Shown here one piece after another: positions 1 through 14,387 of a stretch of 64,000 nt of DNA (the stretch's first letter is position 1; the number at the start of each line of letters is the position of its first letter). Source of the DNA: Phoronis australis (Eukaryota > Animalia > Phoronida). The notes under the pieces were generated by a model. That model was not told the DNA's origin, ran no database searches, and was given only the letters and a program-made list of their open reading frames with translations. The translations under genes and the position numbers were made by a program. Location of the stretch: contig NMRA01000295.1 in the NCBI GenBank assembly GCA_002633005.1, positions 18,105-82,104 on the forward strand, in the 5' to 3' direction.

Positions 1-1017
1 ATATACACTATAGTTTGAAAGTATTGCTAGAGACATGGCAATGCAAACTGCATACACTTAATAGTTTGCAAGTATTGCTATAGACATGGCAACACAAACT
101 GCATACAGTATAGTTTGCATGTATATTCATAGATTAAATACTTTGAGATGTGTCATGCCATATTAAAAACCTGTCGCACACGGACACAGCGCCACCTGGT
201 TTTTACTGTGGTGGATACATCGGGATGGCTCATCTCTCATGTCTGTCGCCTGGTAGTTTTTTTGCTTCCATCAAAAAACATGACGAAGATGACAATCGGG
301 TCAGTCTGATGTATTTCATTCATTTTAGGAACTTTTCAGAATTCAATCCAGATGACAGACTTTGTCAAATATTTGGTCAATATTAAGACTTCGTGCTATG
401 AGTTACTTTGCAATATATTTTTTTCGTGCTATATTTTCACGTCCCAGCAAAAAGTTAACCGAAACCCTCTATAGAGTTGCTTTGTCAACTGCAAATCCAT
501 TTCTTTTGCTACATTACAGATTGTTTAACTTGAGTGCTTTTTGATTGTGCTTGTTGCTAGGCAATCCGTCTACAGCTTAGTTAAAAAACGTCACAGCATT
601 GAGGCATAGAGTACATGCATTTTGACATAGGATTTAGCAATAGCATGAATGCAAAAAACAACTGGATTTGGAAAGCTAAAAAATAAGAGGTTATTTCCAT
701 CGAGAACTGTTGGAATTTATTGCAGCGCAATACTGCACTTGAGCATTCACATTTGCAAACGACATTATGGGTCGACCACAGTTGTTCTCGGGTGGCGCGT
801 AAAACATCCTTAGGACAATAGCACCCCCTGAAGGAAATGTCCTGATGCATTTTGGAATATTTAAGCTATGATTTATTAGCATTTATCCATTGTCTGCACA
901 TTAAGTATTAACCTGTAGGTCTCAAATTTTGACTTGTAAGTCTGATTTTCGTGTTTGCAATATCTCTTTGTTTACATGATTGATGTAACATTTTTTGATT
1001 GATTGATTGGATTTTTC

Positions 1018-1090
1018 CTATTTACAGCCCCGTTTTTCTACAATTTGCTATTTACAGCCCCGTTTTTCTACAATTTGCTATTTACAGCCC
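1018..1090. repeat. 30 bp tandem repeat x2.4
   Basis: Unit ctatttacagccccgtttttctacaatttg. Confidence 0.9.
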
Positions 1091-1348
1091 TATTTGTCAG
1101 CACAATTCACTCGATTGGTGATTGTCAAGATAATTGTTTATTATGCTGAACAGATGTAACTGCTTGCAGATAATCTTTAAGGCTTACACAAAGTGACCAG
1201 CAAACTTTCATATTCATGGACCAACAGACATATTTTTGCTAAGCAAACATTTGCATATCAGCGATTTCCTTCATATTGTACGTGGCATGATAGAATCAAA
1301 TACATTCTGGAATTGTCTGTGAAAACTCACCATTTGGCAATTAATGTG

Positions 1349-2650
1349 ACATATTGCCCTAATACGCACCCGGGCGCTTAGTAAAATTCATTTCAAGGAG
1401 GACACTTATTGTAATCTAAAGTAGTTGAAACCTGATCTCCGAAACAGGTGAAATTGGAAACTAGGAATCATCAAATTTACCATCTGTGATGAATCTGTAA
1501 CCTATGGCAAACTTTCTAAAAACCTGTGATGCATTGCTATCAGACTTTATTGTTAAATTACGGTCATTTTACTGAAAATAGTGCTTAAATCCCAGGGGGA
1601 AGCTTGCCGACTGATGTGTCACTGCTTCGCGGTGGTCGATATGGCAACTTGAATATAAATACAGTTTTGATTCGATCAACAAATTACCTGAAATCCTCCT
1701 TAAGTTTTCCAAATAGCGTCCCTAAGATTTTTAAGTTTCTTTGGAGTCGGAATTAACTGCATGTTAAGTCCAAATCTGCGCTAAATCGTATCCCGCAAGA
1801 TGAGAAAAATCTCTGGACGAACACACAATGTTGTTGTCACGTGACGTGTGTTTTGAAATTCGTCTGGGTGTCTGTCATTGATGGAGTTCGTGCAGGTTAT
1901 CAGTGTTCATTTGCCGGAGTAAACCCAATGTAACAATCGAGGTGTGCATTGTATCAAAAGGAATTAAACCATAAGCAGTAAAGCAAGACATGTTTTATTT
2001 TGCACTTGCTGGTATCATTTACTATCTACTACCATTTTAAAAACGTTCGAGAATTGTCTCGCTAAGATCAATATAATATCATTGAGTCACTGGGTGACTG
2101 GATACGTGACAGTCTGACAGTTGCTTTTTCGGGAGATTCGGGTGTAAGGGTGCCGATGTGTTTACTTTCAGTGGGTCATTTTATCTGATATTTGACTTAA
2201 AAAAACACCAATTATGATTAATTAAATAATTCCTCCTAAAGATAACTTAGAAGTATTAGAAACTTTCGGAAATTAGTGCCAGTAAATTTCTTGCTGATGC
2301 TTTGCTAGCCGTTGTTTCACGGATAAGTCCCGAAGACTAATGTCTGCGATGGCAGGTATGAAGCAGGCACTTCCTGGCCACATGCTTTTAACACCATGTT
2401 TTTTTATGTGTGAAACAGCCGTCACTTGAATTGCACACTTTGACTACCAGGTTTTGACGTGTACAAAGATATTTGGAATCCTGTTGAGGGAGAAGAATTG
2501 GAAATCGGTTGGAAATTCTGGTTGAAAAGTAAGCCGTGTCTTTTTTGAAAGGCCAGACCATAGTGGGACACATTCCTTACGAGATCAGCAAAACTTGTGC
2601 TTTCTTTCTGGAGTACGGCGAAAGTTTGAAGTGTATAGTCACGGCTAAAT
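1349..2650 (-). mobile_element. family A copy (diverged)
   Basis: Reverse-strand homology to 20566-21993, e.g. acaaattacctgaaatcctccttaagttttccaa. Ends approximate. Confidence 0.8.
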
Positions 2651-5069
2651 TGACCTATCACCAGGATTATGACGGACGGCTTAATTGACCAATCAGAACG
2701 CAGCATTCTTGGCACACCTTCATCTGCGTTTCCAAGCTGCCATTTTACCCGACAAACCACACGTAGTCGAGTAAAACTTACTTTAGATTATAGCTCAAGA
2801 AATTGTCCGCTAAGAATGGTGAAATGGAGTTGATATGGCGTGTGTAGCACTGACAGCCGTTATGCTGCTCCAGAATAATATCCTGTCATTTTTTGGCATG
2901 TCCTAAGCCAAAAAATGATGTTCAAAGGCGTAAACTATGGACCAAACTGTACGGCCACACGAGCAGCTGAACTTAACGTTGTTGCTTGATAACTCGAAGG
3001 CTATAATAAACACATATATATTAGTTCCAAGATACGCACTTTTCATCTTGGTGGCTATGGTGCAGGGCTATCTCAGATTTTGACTCCCGAGTTGGCTACG
3101 TCTGGCTGCCTTTCACGGTCTCACCAATTGCTGGATCTCAGCACCCTAGTGGTAGTCCCCTGAAGTTGTTGTTTTCAAGGACATTTTTATGTTTTTTTTA
3201 TTTATTTCAACCTAATGGACATTATTTTGTTATGTATGAGAGGTACATTTTTGTTATTCATAAACCCGTAGGCTGGCGTTCAACTGAACTTTTCTCCCAG
3301 TCAAAATTCAGAGATTCGATCGGCACAGGGAGGGGCACTGGATTACTGCCGGAACTCAAAGCCTTGGTCGAGCTGTTGTCACTAAAAATAAACTGTTTAA
3401 TTACTTTTTAACGTGTACCTCTAGTATACACTATGTCTGTAGAGTTAGAGAGAGCTCATTTTGAAGTTGTGCAAACATGATATTTAGATTTATGAAGCTT
3501 TAATATAGAATTTGAGTTGCAACTACCACACCAGATTTGTAATCTTTTGTAACCATACCCCGCCTTAGTGATCATGCTACCTTCAAAATTAAATGAAAGC
3601 TACCTTTATGGAATGAAACACTACAAAAAAATGCCAAGTTCATCAGAAGGTAGGCCCAACTTAAATGTCTTATGGTGCAAACGGACAATTCCATAGGCGG
3701 ATTTAGGGGGGAGGGGGCAGGGGCCCAAGCCCCCCCCCCCTTGGCTGCCGCAAGCAAAATGAAACAGTAAGAGCGTGAAGCGTGAGGAAATATTGAGTTC
3801 AGTAACTAACTGCTTGTATTGCTGACGAGTTGACGATATATTCGACAGTGGTGGCTCATCGCATTTTGCTGTCGTGTGCAATTAGTAGTCACATCTGTTT
3901 TAATTTGCTGATCAAAATCGAATATTAAAATCAAGCATAGCCTAGATCCTGGTGAGTTAGGGACTAACAGTTGATTTTTCATAGATCTGAAAGAATAACT
4001 GATGTTATTAAATGTATTTTTATTAAAATAAAAAACCAGGCTCATGATTGAAAATCAAAATTATTTGACCATTTTTTAAATTTTGATAAATTAAAAATGA
4101 ACTCAGCCCCAGAAATTGCTTTTGCATTATATCCAGGTTCTCATTCACTCCCTTGCACACATTTACAAGTAATTATTTGACCATCAGTTCTGCTTTTTTG
4201 GTTTTAATAATTCTTACCTCCAGTCTATTTCATGTGTTTGGTTTCAAATCATCAATCGGGGCAAGTTGAATTTTAAAATTAAAACACCTAATTCGTTCGT
4301 CCAAAGCATAACTTGTTTTAGAGCTCAATTTCAGTTAACTGGACAGAGCAAGCATAGTTATCATGTTTCTTTAGGGGCCTCGTTCATCCGAGGGGAAAGG
4401 TGCCGGTGCCTTCTGACTGAGAGGGGGATTTTTTCGCTGAGTGAGGGGAAAAACATACCCCCCGATCATCATCAATAGCACCCCGCCCTGTTGCAAGCTC
4501 TCATAGGCTCTGTCTCAAGTAGCATTTTGTACTCTTTCAAATTGTCACCTATGTGGTTACAGGTGATTTGTACGTTGCGGGAGAGAACTTTTCAATCACT
4601 AGGGGAATTTTTAGGGTCTCGTGGGGGGAATTTCGGGGGATTTTTCAATGTTTTTAAGAGGGGAATAGGGCCAATGTTCAGACCCAAAATCGAGGAATTG
4701 ATGGCCCTGACCTTTTTGGATAGAAAAATGCATCATATTTCAACCCGCAATCATGAAAACACAGTCTGGCTGGTCGTTGCTATGATGCTCGCCAACTGGT
4801 ATGCAACAGTTAAAATATGATCTAACTTTTCGAAAATATTTATAAATTTTACACGGACATATTTTCCTTCGTCGCTATGTATAACAACGACCCAACACTT
4901 CCGAATCTTAATGTCCTTAGATATTGTAAAACAGACAGCTGAGTTCCGTATTTTTTCTAGCCATTCGAGCAACGCGGAATACAACCAGTATGCCGATAAG
5001 CCAACAGAGCTATTGTAGCGCGCCTCGTTTTGGAACGCGCCTCCTGTCGGCGTGAATTAGATCTATGGC

Positions 5070-6436
5070 GCTATTTATCCGTGACTATACACTTCAAACT
5101 TCCGCCGTGCTTCAAAAAGAATGCAAAAGTTTCACTGATCTTGCAAGGGCTTGTCCTATTATGATATGGCCTTTCAGAAGAGAGGCAGTGTACTTGTCAA
5201 AGGGATTGGATTGTATCTTTCGCTTTCAGGTATTCTCCCTCAACAGGAATCCAAATTTCTTCGTATTCGTGAAAACTGCGAATTGAAGACTAATAAAAAC
5301 TTGGCCTTTGTTAAAAGCACGTGGCCAGAAAGCGCGCGCTACATACAAGTACCTGTCATTGAAAATAATTAAGTCTTTGGGAACTTTCTATTCATTAAAC
5401 GAGTAAATAGCTACGGCAAGAAATAAATACTGGCACTTATTTCCGACAGTTTTTAATACCGTAACAACATTTGTGTTATTTTTGAGAGAAATTATTAAAT
5501 TAATCATAATTGGTGTTTTTAAAGTCAAAATGACCCACTGATAGTGAACACTTCTGCACTCTTACACCCCCCATATCTCCCTTAAAATAACTGTTCAACT
5601 ATTACGCATCCAGGCACTCGGCGACTCAATATCGGCTTTACGGAGACAATTCTCGGACGTTTTTTAGCATTTGAGATCAACAAGTGCTAAATAAAACATG
5701 TTCCGCTTTACTGCTTGAGTTAACTTGTTTAATTGCACACCTAGCTCTACCTTACATCGTGTTTACTCAGGCAAATGAACCCTGCTGACACACACGCGCT
5801 CACTTACACAATACGTAGACGAACTTCAAAACAAACGTTACATGACAACAATGTGTGTTTGTCCAGAGATTTTTCTCGTGTTGTGGGGTACGATCTACTG
5901 CATATTTGGACTTAATGTGCACGACTCCACAGGACCTTAAAAATCTTAGGGACGCTATTTTGAAAACTTATGGTGGACTTCAGGTAATTTGTTGAGTTGA
6001 AACTATATTTTTACCAAGAATTCAAGTTGACCTTTTAGCGATCGCAAGGCAGCGACGCATCAGTCGGCGAGTTTTCGCACTGGTATTTTCTGAAAATGCT
6101 CATAATTTAGTAACAAAGTTTGATATCAGTGCACCTCAATTTTGTAGGACTTTTATTATAGGTTACAGATGCATCACAGAGCGTAAATTTGATGAATTAT
6201 AGCTTGCGATTTCACCTGTTTTGGAGACCGGGTTCCTTCCACTTCGTGCTATAATAAGTGCCTGCGTTCCTGAAGCGAATTTTTCTAAGCGCCCTGTCGG
6301 CTGGGTGCTTATTAGGGCAAATATGTTCAGTTATTTTTGCACGTACACGCTCATGGGCTGAGAACTTATTTCAGCAAATTCTGAAGACGTGTGGAGTGCT
6401 TATAGGGGCATGGGCGCTTATTAGGGCGAATACAGT
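5070..6436 (+). mobile_element. family A copy
   Basis: Homology runs from ccgtgactatacacttcaaac to a decayed TIR ttattagggcgaatacag. Ends approximate. Confidence 0.8.
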
Positions 6437-8102
6437 GTGCATAGCCAGCAGTCAATAAGATTTCTCAAAGGCGTTTACATGCATAGAAAATTCGATGACT
6501 TTGTCATTATTCAAAACACGATTTTGGTGAATGATTTATGACATATAGTCAACATTATGTTTTCACCCCAATACTACAAGGAAAGTTCATTAATTAACAT
6601 GTGGATGAAAATTACGATAGGCTCCTCCCCCCAGAATTTCCTCTTATTTCGTTCTTCATCTCACCTTGTACGCTTCTCTTCAGTTAGGATCTAAGTGAAA
6701 CGGACAGGGATCTCTGTTCATCTACTGAAAATGACCTTGAAAAGTGTGATTTGTCATTTTTCAAGACCTTAGAAATCAATTAAGATAGTGTCTTATTATT
6801 TTGTCATGTACTTTGTGCATCAAGACAGTATTCACACTATCTTATTAGTAACAAATTTTGAAAATATGGATTTAACTGTGTACAATATCTAAATATTGAA
6901 TTTTTGGAAAAAATAGTGAAGGTTGACAATTACCTTAAAGTGTTCATTAACTAAATGGAATTGTATAAGCTAATTAAAATGATTTGTAAGTCTAGCAAGT
7001 TATTTGACTGAGGATGCTGTTTGACCTTTATAAGTACCGATGTTGCAAATCAGTGAAAAATGGAATTGTATATTAAAACTAACTAGAAGGATTTGTAAGT
7101 CTAGCAAGTTATTTGTTAAAGGTGCCCTTTGGCCTTTATAAGCACCGAGGCTTCAAGTCTGTGAAAAGGCCTTGCGCAACTGTTCACATGAGTGTCACAC
7201 ATTCGTTTGTAAAAGAGTCGCACATTTGTTTGTAAAAGAGTCACGCATCTGTTTCCCGACTTCTATCTGCATATTAAAATGCTAATTTCGGGCCTGGATG
7301 TTGTCAGTGTGCAACTGCCGTTAGACTCCATCGGACAGAAACAAGTTGAGAGCGGCCATGAGGACACCCGCCCCCGCCTGACGCCTCTTTCCCAATTGTT
7401 CCCGCAACAGAAAAGTGCCGGGTTCTGTGGCCGCAAATCCCTGGCGTGTTTTTTGTCTTAATGAGATCGTGGTCTCAGTCGATGTGGCGTCCGTGCTACT
7501 TTCTAAGACAAACACAATTCAGAGGTATTCGACCACGGCCCGCGTTTACTATTTATGCCTACTAGGCCGCGCACTCAATATTCGGCGGTGAGAGAATTCA
7601 AAGAAACTATGTCAACTTTGAATAATATTCTGAAATTTGAGTAAAGCTAAGGGGCGGCCTCAGTATTTTATGCGCAAACATTCGCCGCCGCGTTGGCGTA
7701 ATCTGTATGTTGCAGCCGTGTGCTTCATGGAGAGACCTACTAAGAATCCATGATGACGAGGTGAGAGTTCCTCGCTTATTCTTTCCAATTAAATGTACTT
7801 TTATATTAAAGGTAAGTGGCCAAGATCTTAACCTTTATTCTAGTCTTTAGTGCAGTGCCAAAGATACAATGTCATGTAAATCCACTTTTCGTCCATGTTT
7901 TGTAAAAATCGAACGGAGGCCCATGCAGTCACGCCAGGATTTTCCTTTTGTCTCCGGCGTAGGCTTACAACTACTAGCCCACAGAGTCAACTGTTCAAAA
8001 GTTTTGCATTTCCCGTTTTAATCATTCATTTTGGCATTAAGTCCTGATGTGGAATCAGTCCTGCGTGGAATATTATGGCCATAAACTGTTGACAATCACC
8101 AA

Positions 8103-10165
8103 ATTTTATGAATCCACATTTTTACATGTGGACGCATTATGCCGTCATCTCCGTCCGGCGTCCGCTGCTCTATCTCCAAAACGCCTTGACGTATGTTCAT
8201 GGAATTTTGCACATTTGTTACTTCCGTGGATGGGATGGCATGAGCGAAGGTTCGGACGGATCTGACTAACGGTGTGCCCCCTAGTGGCAATTTTAGTTTT
8301 TTACATTTACCTCTGTATCTTCAAAAGTCCTGAACAATTTTCATAAAATTTGGTATATAGGCACATATTAGTGAGATGACGCTATCCTCCCAATTCCGAA
8401 TGGATTCAACGTAGTTTGCGCCATCTAGTGGCCATTTTTACTGTTTTTTAGTCTGTTTTTGCGTTCACCCCTCTATCAACCAAGCTGCTCAAAGGATGAT
8501 TGTGAAAATTGCCATGTATGTTCTTAGTATGAAGTGGAGGGCTGACGATGATTTTCTCCGTGATAGCAAGTAGCAGCATATATTGATAAGAAAGGTAGGT
8601 GGTCACTATATCTTCTCTTCTGATGATGTTTGAATAAATGACACTGAAACATGTCAAGTCTATTCAAAACCATATTTGTTTTTATTAGTAACCATGATTT
8701 TCCGACGACTTCGTCTCAGGGCTTTATCCAGGATTTCCAAAATAGGGTGTCCAAAATGGGGTTCCCAACATTCCAGGGCGTCTATGATTCTAAAGACGCA
8801 TTACCCCCACTCAACCACCACCATTCACCAGTAACCCCCTCTCCCACAAAAAATGCGTTGAAAGAGGCTTTTACATGTAAGTTTACAAAAACAACTCTCT
8901 TGTAGTCATCTTTTTACTAAAAAACTGTGTGGATCAAGACTTTTATGTCTAAATTTACAAAAACAGCCTAATAGCTAACCAAACAGGTATTACAGATAGT
9001 ACAGATTTTGGTTGAACGATGAGTGCTAATTGCTGTTGTAAAGTTTATGATATCATCTTAACTAGCTTTATATTGAGTCATCAAAGCTGCAGTTGCCAAC
9101 ACAAGAAAAATACACAGATGATGCTAAGATGTCTATGGCAGAGACACTCTGGCAACCAAACACATGCTTATGATTGACAGGTCCACTAAATACTTTGAAA
9201 ATGGTTTGAACATTGTAACATTTTGCATACATATACATTGTATATTTATTTCTGGGTTGAAAGGCCCCAACTTCCCTCTTTTATTAACTGGGGTGTCTTA
9301 GTAAACTTACAATGTGGGTGTCCAAAGGAGAAATTCTGATTGACAGGGCGTCCAAATGATACATTGGGCTCCTTGCCAGGGTGTCCAGATTAGTACGCTG
9401 CATGAAGGCCGACTTCAACTAATGTGGCGCCTCCTGGTGACAGTTTTTTTGCACCTATGGCTGTATCTCGTAAATATGATTTTGATATCAGACGACGACG
9501 ACTTTCGGACGGATCTGACTACTGATGTGCTCCCTAGTGGCAATTGTAGTTTTTTATGCTCACCAGTCTGTATCTTCTATTGGTGAGATGACGCTGTTTT
9601 TGGATGGAATCGAGGTATTTTGTGCCATCTAGTGGCCATTGTTGCTGTTTTCAAATCTTGTTTTTGACATCCGCCCCTCCATGGATGGTTTTGAAAATTG
9701 GCATACATGTTTTCAGTGTGAAGAGGACGTTTGATAATGGCGACTGACTAATGTGGCGCCACCTAGTGGTATTTTTTTGTTTTACGCTCATAGCTGTAGA
9801 TCCTTAACCCGCTGCAGGATCTTTATTAAATTTAGTAAGTGTATTTGTATGAAGATAACAACAGACGACGACTTTCAGGCGGTTCCAACGGACACTGTGC
9901 CCACATGTGGCAATCTCATTTTATTCTGTTTTCCTTTGTTTCTCTGAAGCTCCTTGACAGATTTTTATGAAATATGGCAAGCTCCCATTTTTGGATGGAT
10001 TGTATGTTTTTGCACCATGTAGTGGCCATTTTTATGATACAATTAAATAACCCATGTGCGGTGCATTCATGGGCGCATGGTCAGGTGTTAATGTTTATCT
10101 GGGTCAACCTTTTGCCACTTTGGACTGGTACAGATTGACATAATCCCGCTGGGCACTTTCTCTTA
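8103..10165 (+). mobile_element. Helentron-associated (HINE/DINE-1-like) element with internal repeats and a nested insertion
   Basis: T-run start, 5' hairpin ..tccacatttttacatgtggacgcat, ccgtcc motif, repeated cctagtggc modules, atgggcgcat near 10070 as a candidate 3' subTIR and a short cccgctggg hairpin. Unrelated insert at about 8718-9405. Confidence 0.55.
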
Positions 10166-11479
10166 ATGGTTGAAAATTTTCAAGTTATATAAGTTTGATC
10201 ACGTATAGAATCGCGTTCATGTGTGACAATTTCCTGTTATTGTGTGTGTTATGCAAAATGATAGAGAAAATCCAAACCTTTTCGAAAGACCTAACTGGAT
10301 TCAACGTGGCAAGCATTCTTTGTTATGGGCAAAAAGGCCTGTATTTTGCAGGTTACTTAAACTTGATTGAAACACTGGCAAACCTGCCCAGAGTAATGCT
10401 AGTAACAATAGGACTTCGTTGAAAAGCAAGACTACGGAAGATGTTGCCATGTATTTCAAATGAGAACACGTAATTTTGGCTAGATTTTTTGCGAGGTCCT
10501 AGCATTACTGAACTCTACCCTGTTGAAGCGACATGTTAAAACTGGTTGTGGAGAACACTGATGTATCAAAATGGCTCCCAAGTATATTTGATCATTGTTT
10601 TTCTTTTCTCTTTCACAGGTACCGGTTACTACGAATAAACAACCCAAGACTGGAAATGCCTTTTTGTAAATAATTATTTAAAAATCTCGATTATTGGTTG
10701 AAATCTTCATCTTCATAAATGAAAAAGAGGGAGCAAAGAATTTTATCAAGCGGAGATCTTTAAACTTTATTGCCTGCCAACACTAATACTCCATGAACCC
10801 AATCGAACATCATTTGAATATCTGCATGCAATACAGGTTCAGGTACTGGATGCATTGAAAGAGGTGTGTGGCTAGACTCCATTTGCTGGAAGACAACACA
10901 GTGTGAGACATGTGTTCCGCACAAGCTGCTGTATTCTACATTCCAAGGCCACTGCGCTTCTCTTTGCCTCATTATGTTCGCACAACAATCCGACTCTTTG
11001 CTCTACTGTGATGGGAACAGCACCAAGCTAATTTTGATTGAGGACGTTGTTCACTACTGCTAAACATGTGAAACATACATTCACAACTGATCTGTATATT
11101 TGAATTTGAGGTATGGTAATAAAGATACATTGTTTATACATACTTCGTGGTATTACCACCATCACATTTGTGTGTGGTGAAATAACTATATAAACTGATG
11201 TATGACACTTCAAAGCATTGAAAACAGCACAGCTTTTAGATGATATTTTTGTTTCCTAACTCAAGCATGCATCACCAGGGTAACTTCCCACGTGTAGCGT
11301 AAACCCGGCTAAAGCTGATTCCCTTACACTCGCTAGTAACGTGCAAAACACGCTGGGTTCCAGCTAGTGATGATTTTAATTTCTTCTGTTGAGATTCGTT
11401 CACCGATACGTTATTACAGCAATGATGAATGTTCTTGCACGTTTTTATATTTTTATTTAAAGGGTGTGTAGGACCATCT

Positions 11480-12045
11480 TTCATTTTTATGTCGTCATAC
11501 CTGTCCGTTCGTCCAACATCTGGCCTTCACTGTTGTATCTCCAAAAAATCCTGGAGGCCCATGAAGTTTTGCAGAATATTTTGTGGATTTTCCTTTCGGA
11601 AATGGGACAACATGAGAGTATTTTCGGAGACTGTGTGCCGTAGTTGGGCAATCGTTGTTTTTTACATTTGCCTCTATACAGGTCTCCTGAATGGATTTCA
11701 TGAAATTTGGCATAATGGTATCTGTTACGAAGTTGATGCCACCTTCTTATTTTTTGTTGGATTTGTTTTATTTTGTCACCTAGTAGACATTTGGACTGTA
11801 TTTTGTGTCACCTAGTGGGCATTTTTACTGTTTTTCTAGAATTTGTCCACCTCTCTAACCAGCTAGTAACCATTCTAAAGATAGTTATGAATACTACTAT
11901 ATGTATTTTTATTGGGGAGAGGACGGCTGATGATCACTCTGGGATGTCACTGGCTACTGTGGCTCCTCCTTGTGGCATGGTGTGCATCCATAGCTATATC
12001 TCCTAAACACTTTGCAGGATCTTTGTCAAATTTGACAAGAGCATT
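11480..12045 (+). mobile_element. degenerate copy of the same HINE-like family
   Basis: Contains tatgtcgtcatacctgtccgttcgtcc, tgaatggatttcatgaaatttggca and cacctagtgg modules. Confidence 0.5.
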
Positions 12046-13454
12046 TTTTATTGTATCGTTATAAAACTGCTGTTTTATGTCAAACATTTGAAATGGTTTT
12101 AACTTCAACCTTAATTGGTGGCATTTTCTTACTTTTCATTTTGTATTTATGATTGTTTGTATTTTAAGAGGTCGAAACATTGCTGAATATCTTTCAGAAC
12201 TGCACAAGTTTTGTTTGACTTACAAGTTGCAGCTCCTGTTGTCTTTTGTTGCAGTTTGACTAGTTTTTACATCTGTGACTTATTTTTCTTTGTTGTTGTT
12301 TATTTTTGCCTCTCTTTTACTTTAATTTGTGACTTAGCCTAAACTTGCTTTGAATACCTGTAGCATGATGTTACTATTCAACAGTGTATTGACATTTTGT
12401 TATGCTACTAAAATCATGTTGTGTATTGACAACAAAATCCCTTCATCACAAAAGCAGTCTCTTATTGTGTGTTTCTTTTGTTATTCACTAATTAAGGCAT
12501 TGTATGTACTAATTGCAGATTTCCTCTTCATTAGTGTAATGATGTACATTGTTGCGTCTAACAGTGGCGGCTTTGTACAATCTTAATTATTTTGCCGAGA
12601 AGTTGAGACAGTGCGCTATATTATGTTGTCACTTTAATATGCTAATGACAGGTACTGAATACTGCTTGGTTCCATCTTGGAACAAGTGAAAATTTCAAAA
12701 TAGTTTACATGCATGGAAATGAAAAAAGTCAGGGAAAACTGGTGGAAAATCAAGTAGAACTTATCAAGCAAAAACTGGCTCATGTTGCGAGTTGTATTAG
12801 GAGTTCAATAATTCAGTTATGGTTGACTAAAATCATTTAGTTATGATATTGATATTTTTAGTCTATTTTTTAAAGAAAACATCTTGAAAAATGAAAATGG
12901 TATCCTGGAAAACTTACGAGAATAACATTATGAAGAAATTACGTAAAATGAGAACACAGTATGAGTTGAAACTATGGACAAAATAACATGTCAAGGAAGC
13001 CAGATGGACTGATTGAAGGAAATCAGGGACTTGGACATTTGGACTTGGATATTACTCTTTGGGCTTGGACATCACACTTTGGTGAACAGTGTTTCCAAAA
13101 CTGAAAAGTCAAATGTATCTGAAGCATGTCAACCAACTTGCTGGAAGTATGCAGAGAGATATTTAATTGGTGGTATATCTTGCTCTATTTAACAGAAGTT
13201 CTGAGTTTTTATATAGCTTTTCTTGTTACTCGCATGATTTAAAGCTGCAGAAAACCCAGCTTACATTACAGAAATTGGTCTCAACTGGTTGCTTAGTCAA
13301 ACTGAAGATAGTTTCAAAAGAGCTGGCACTTTGTTATTGTTTGTGATGAAGCTCTATAAGTTGATGTCATTTTAGGTACTGATCATGGACAACAAACTTT
13401 CTATTCTTTGTAACCTCAAAAAATCACTTTTCTAAGAACAAGTTGAAACCAATT

Positions 13455-14387
13455 GGGCAAGAAATATATTGGCACTAATTTCCGAAAATTTCTAATATTT
13501 CTGCGTTATTTTTAGGAGGAATTATTAAATTAATCATAAGTGGTGTTTTTAAATCAAATATCAGATAAAGTGGCCACTGAAAGTGAAAGCATCAGTGTCC
13601 TTACTCACGAATTTCCCGGAAAATAACTGTCAGACTATCACGCATCCAGTCACCTAGCGACTCATTGACATTATACTGGCCTTACCGAGACAATTCTCTA
13701 ACATTTTTTTAAAATGGTAATAGATAGTAAATGATACCAGCAAGTGCAAAATAAAACATGTTCTGCTTTACTGCTTGTGATTTAATTTCTTTAGTCACAA
13801 TACACACCTCGATCGTTACATTGAGTTTACTCCGGCAAATGAACACTGGTGTCATGCATGCGCTTGCTCACTCACTCACACTTAGACGAACGTCAAAACA
13901 ACTGTCCCATTACAACTACATTTGTGTTCATCCAGAGATTTTTCTCTTCTTGCGGGGTACAATGTTGTGCAGATTTGGACTTAATACCTGCTCAATACCG
14001 ACTCCACAGGAACTTGAAAATCTCAGGGACACTATTTGGAAAACTTAAGGAGTATTTCAGGTAATTTGTTGATAAAATCAAAATTTTATTTTTATTCAAG
14101 TTACCGTGTCGACGATCGCAAGGCAGTGACTCATCAGTCAGTGAGCTTTCGCCCTGGGGTTTTAGCACAATTTTCTTTAAAGTGATCGTAATTTATCATG
14201 AAGTTTGATTGCAATGCACCACAGTTTTTTTGAAAGTTTGCGACAGGTTACAGATACGTCGCAGGGTAAATTTGATGATTCCTAGCTTCCGATTTCACTC
14301 GTTTCGGAAATCCCCTTAGGTTACAGTAAGTGCCCCCTGAAATAATTTTTTTTAAGCACCCTTATGTTTATTAGGGCGAATGTGGTA
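13455..14387 (+). mobile_element. family A copy (5'-truncated)
   Basis: Homology runs from gcaagaaatatattggcactaatttcc to ttattagggcgaat. Confidence 0.78.

Noticed and set aside
10760-11063. Possible Merlin/ISXO2 transposase fragment on the minus strand (C..CRYSNDVRLGSW)
   Set aside because: Only one short motif among stop codons and no DDE region, so it is too weak to call.
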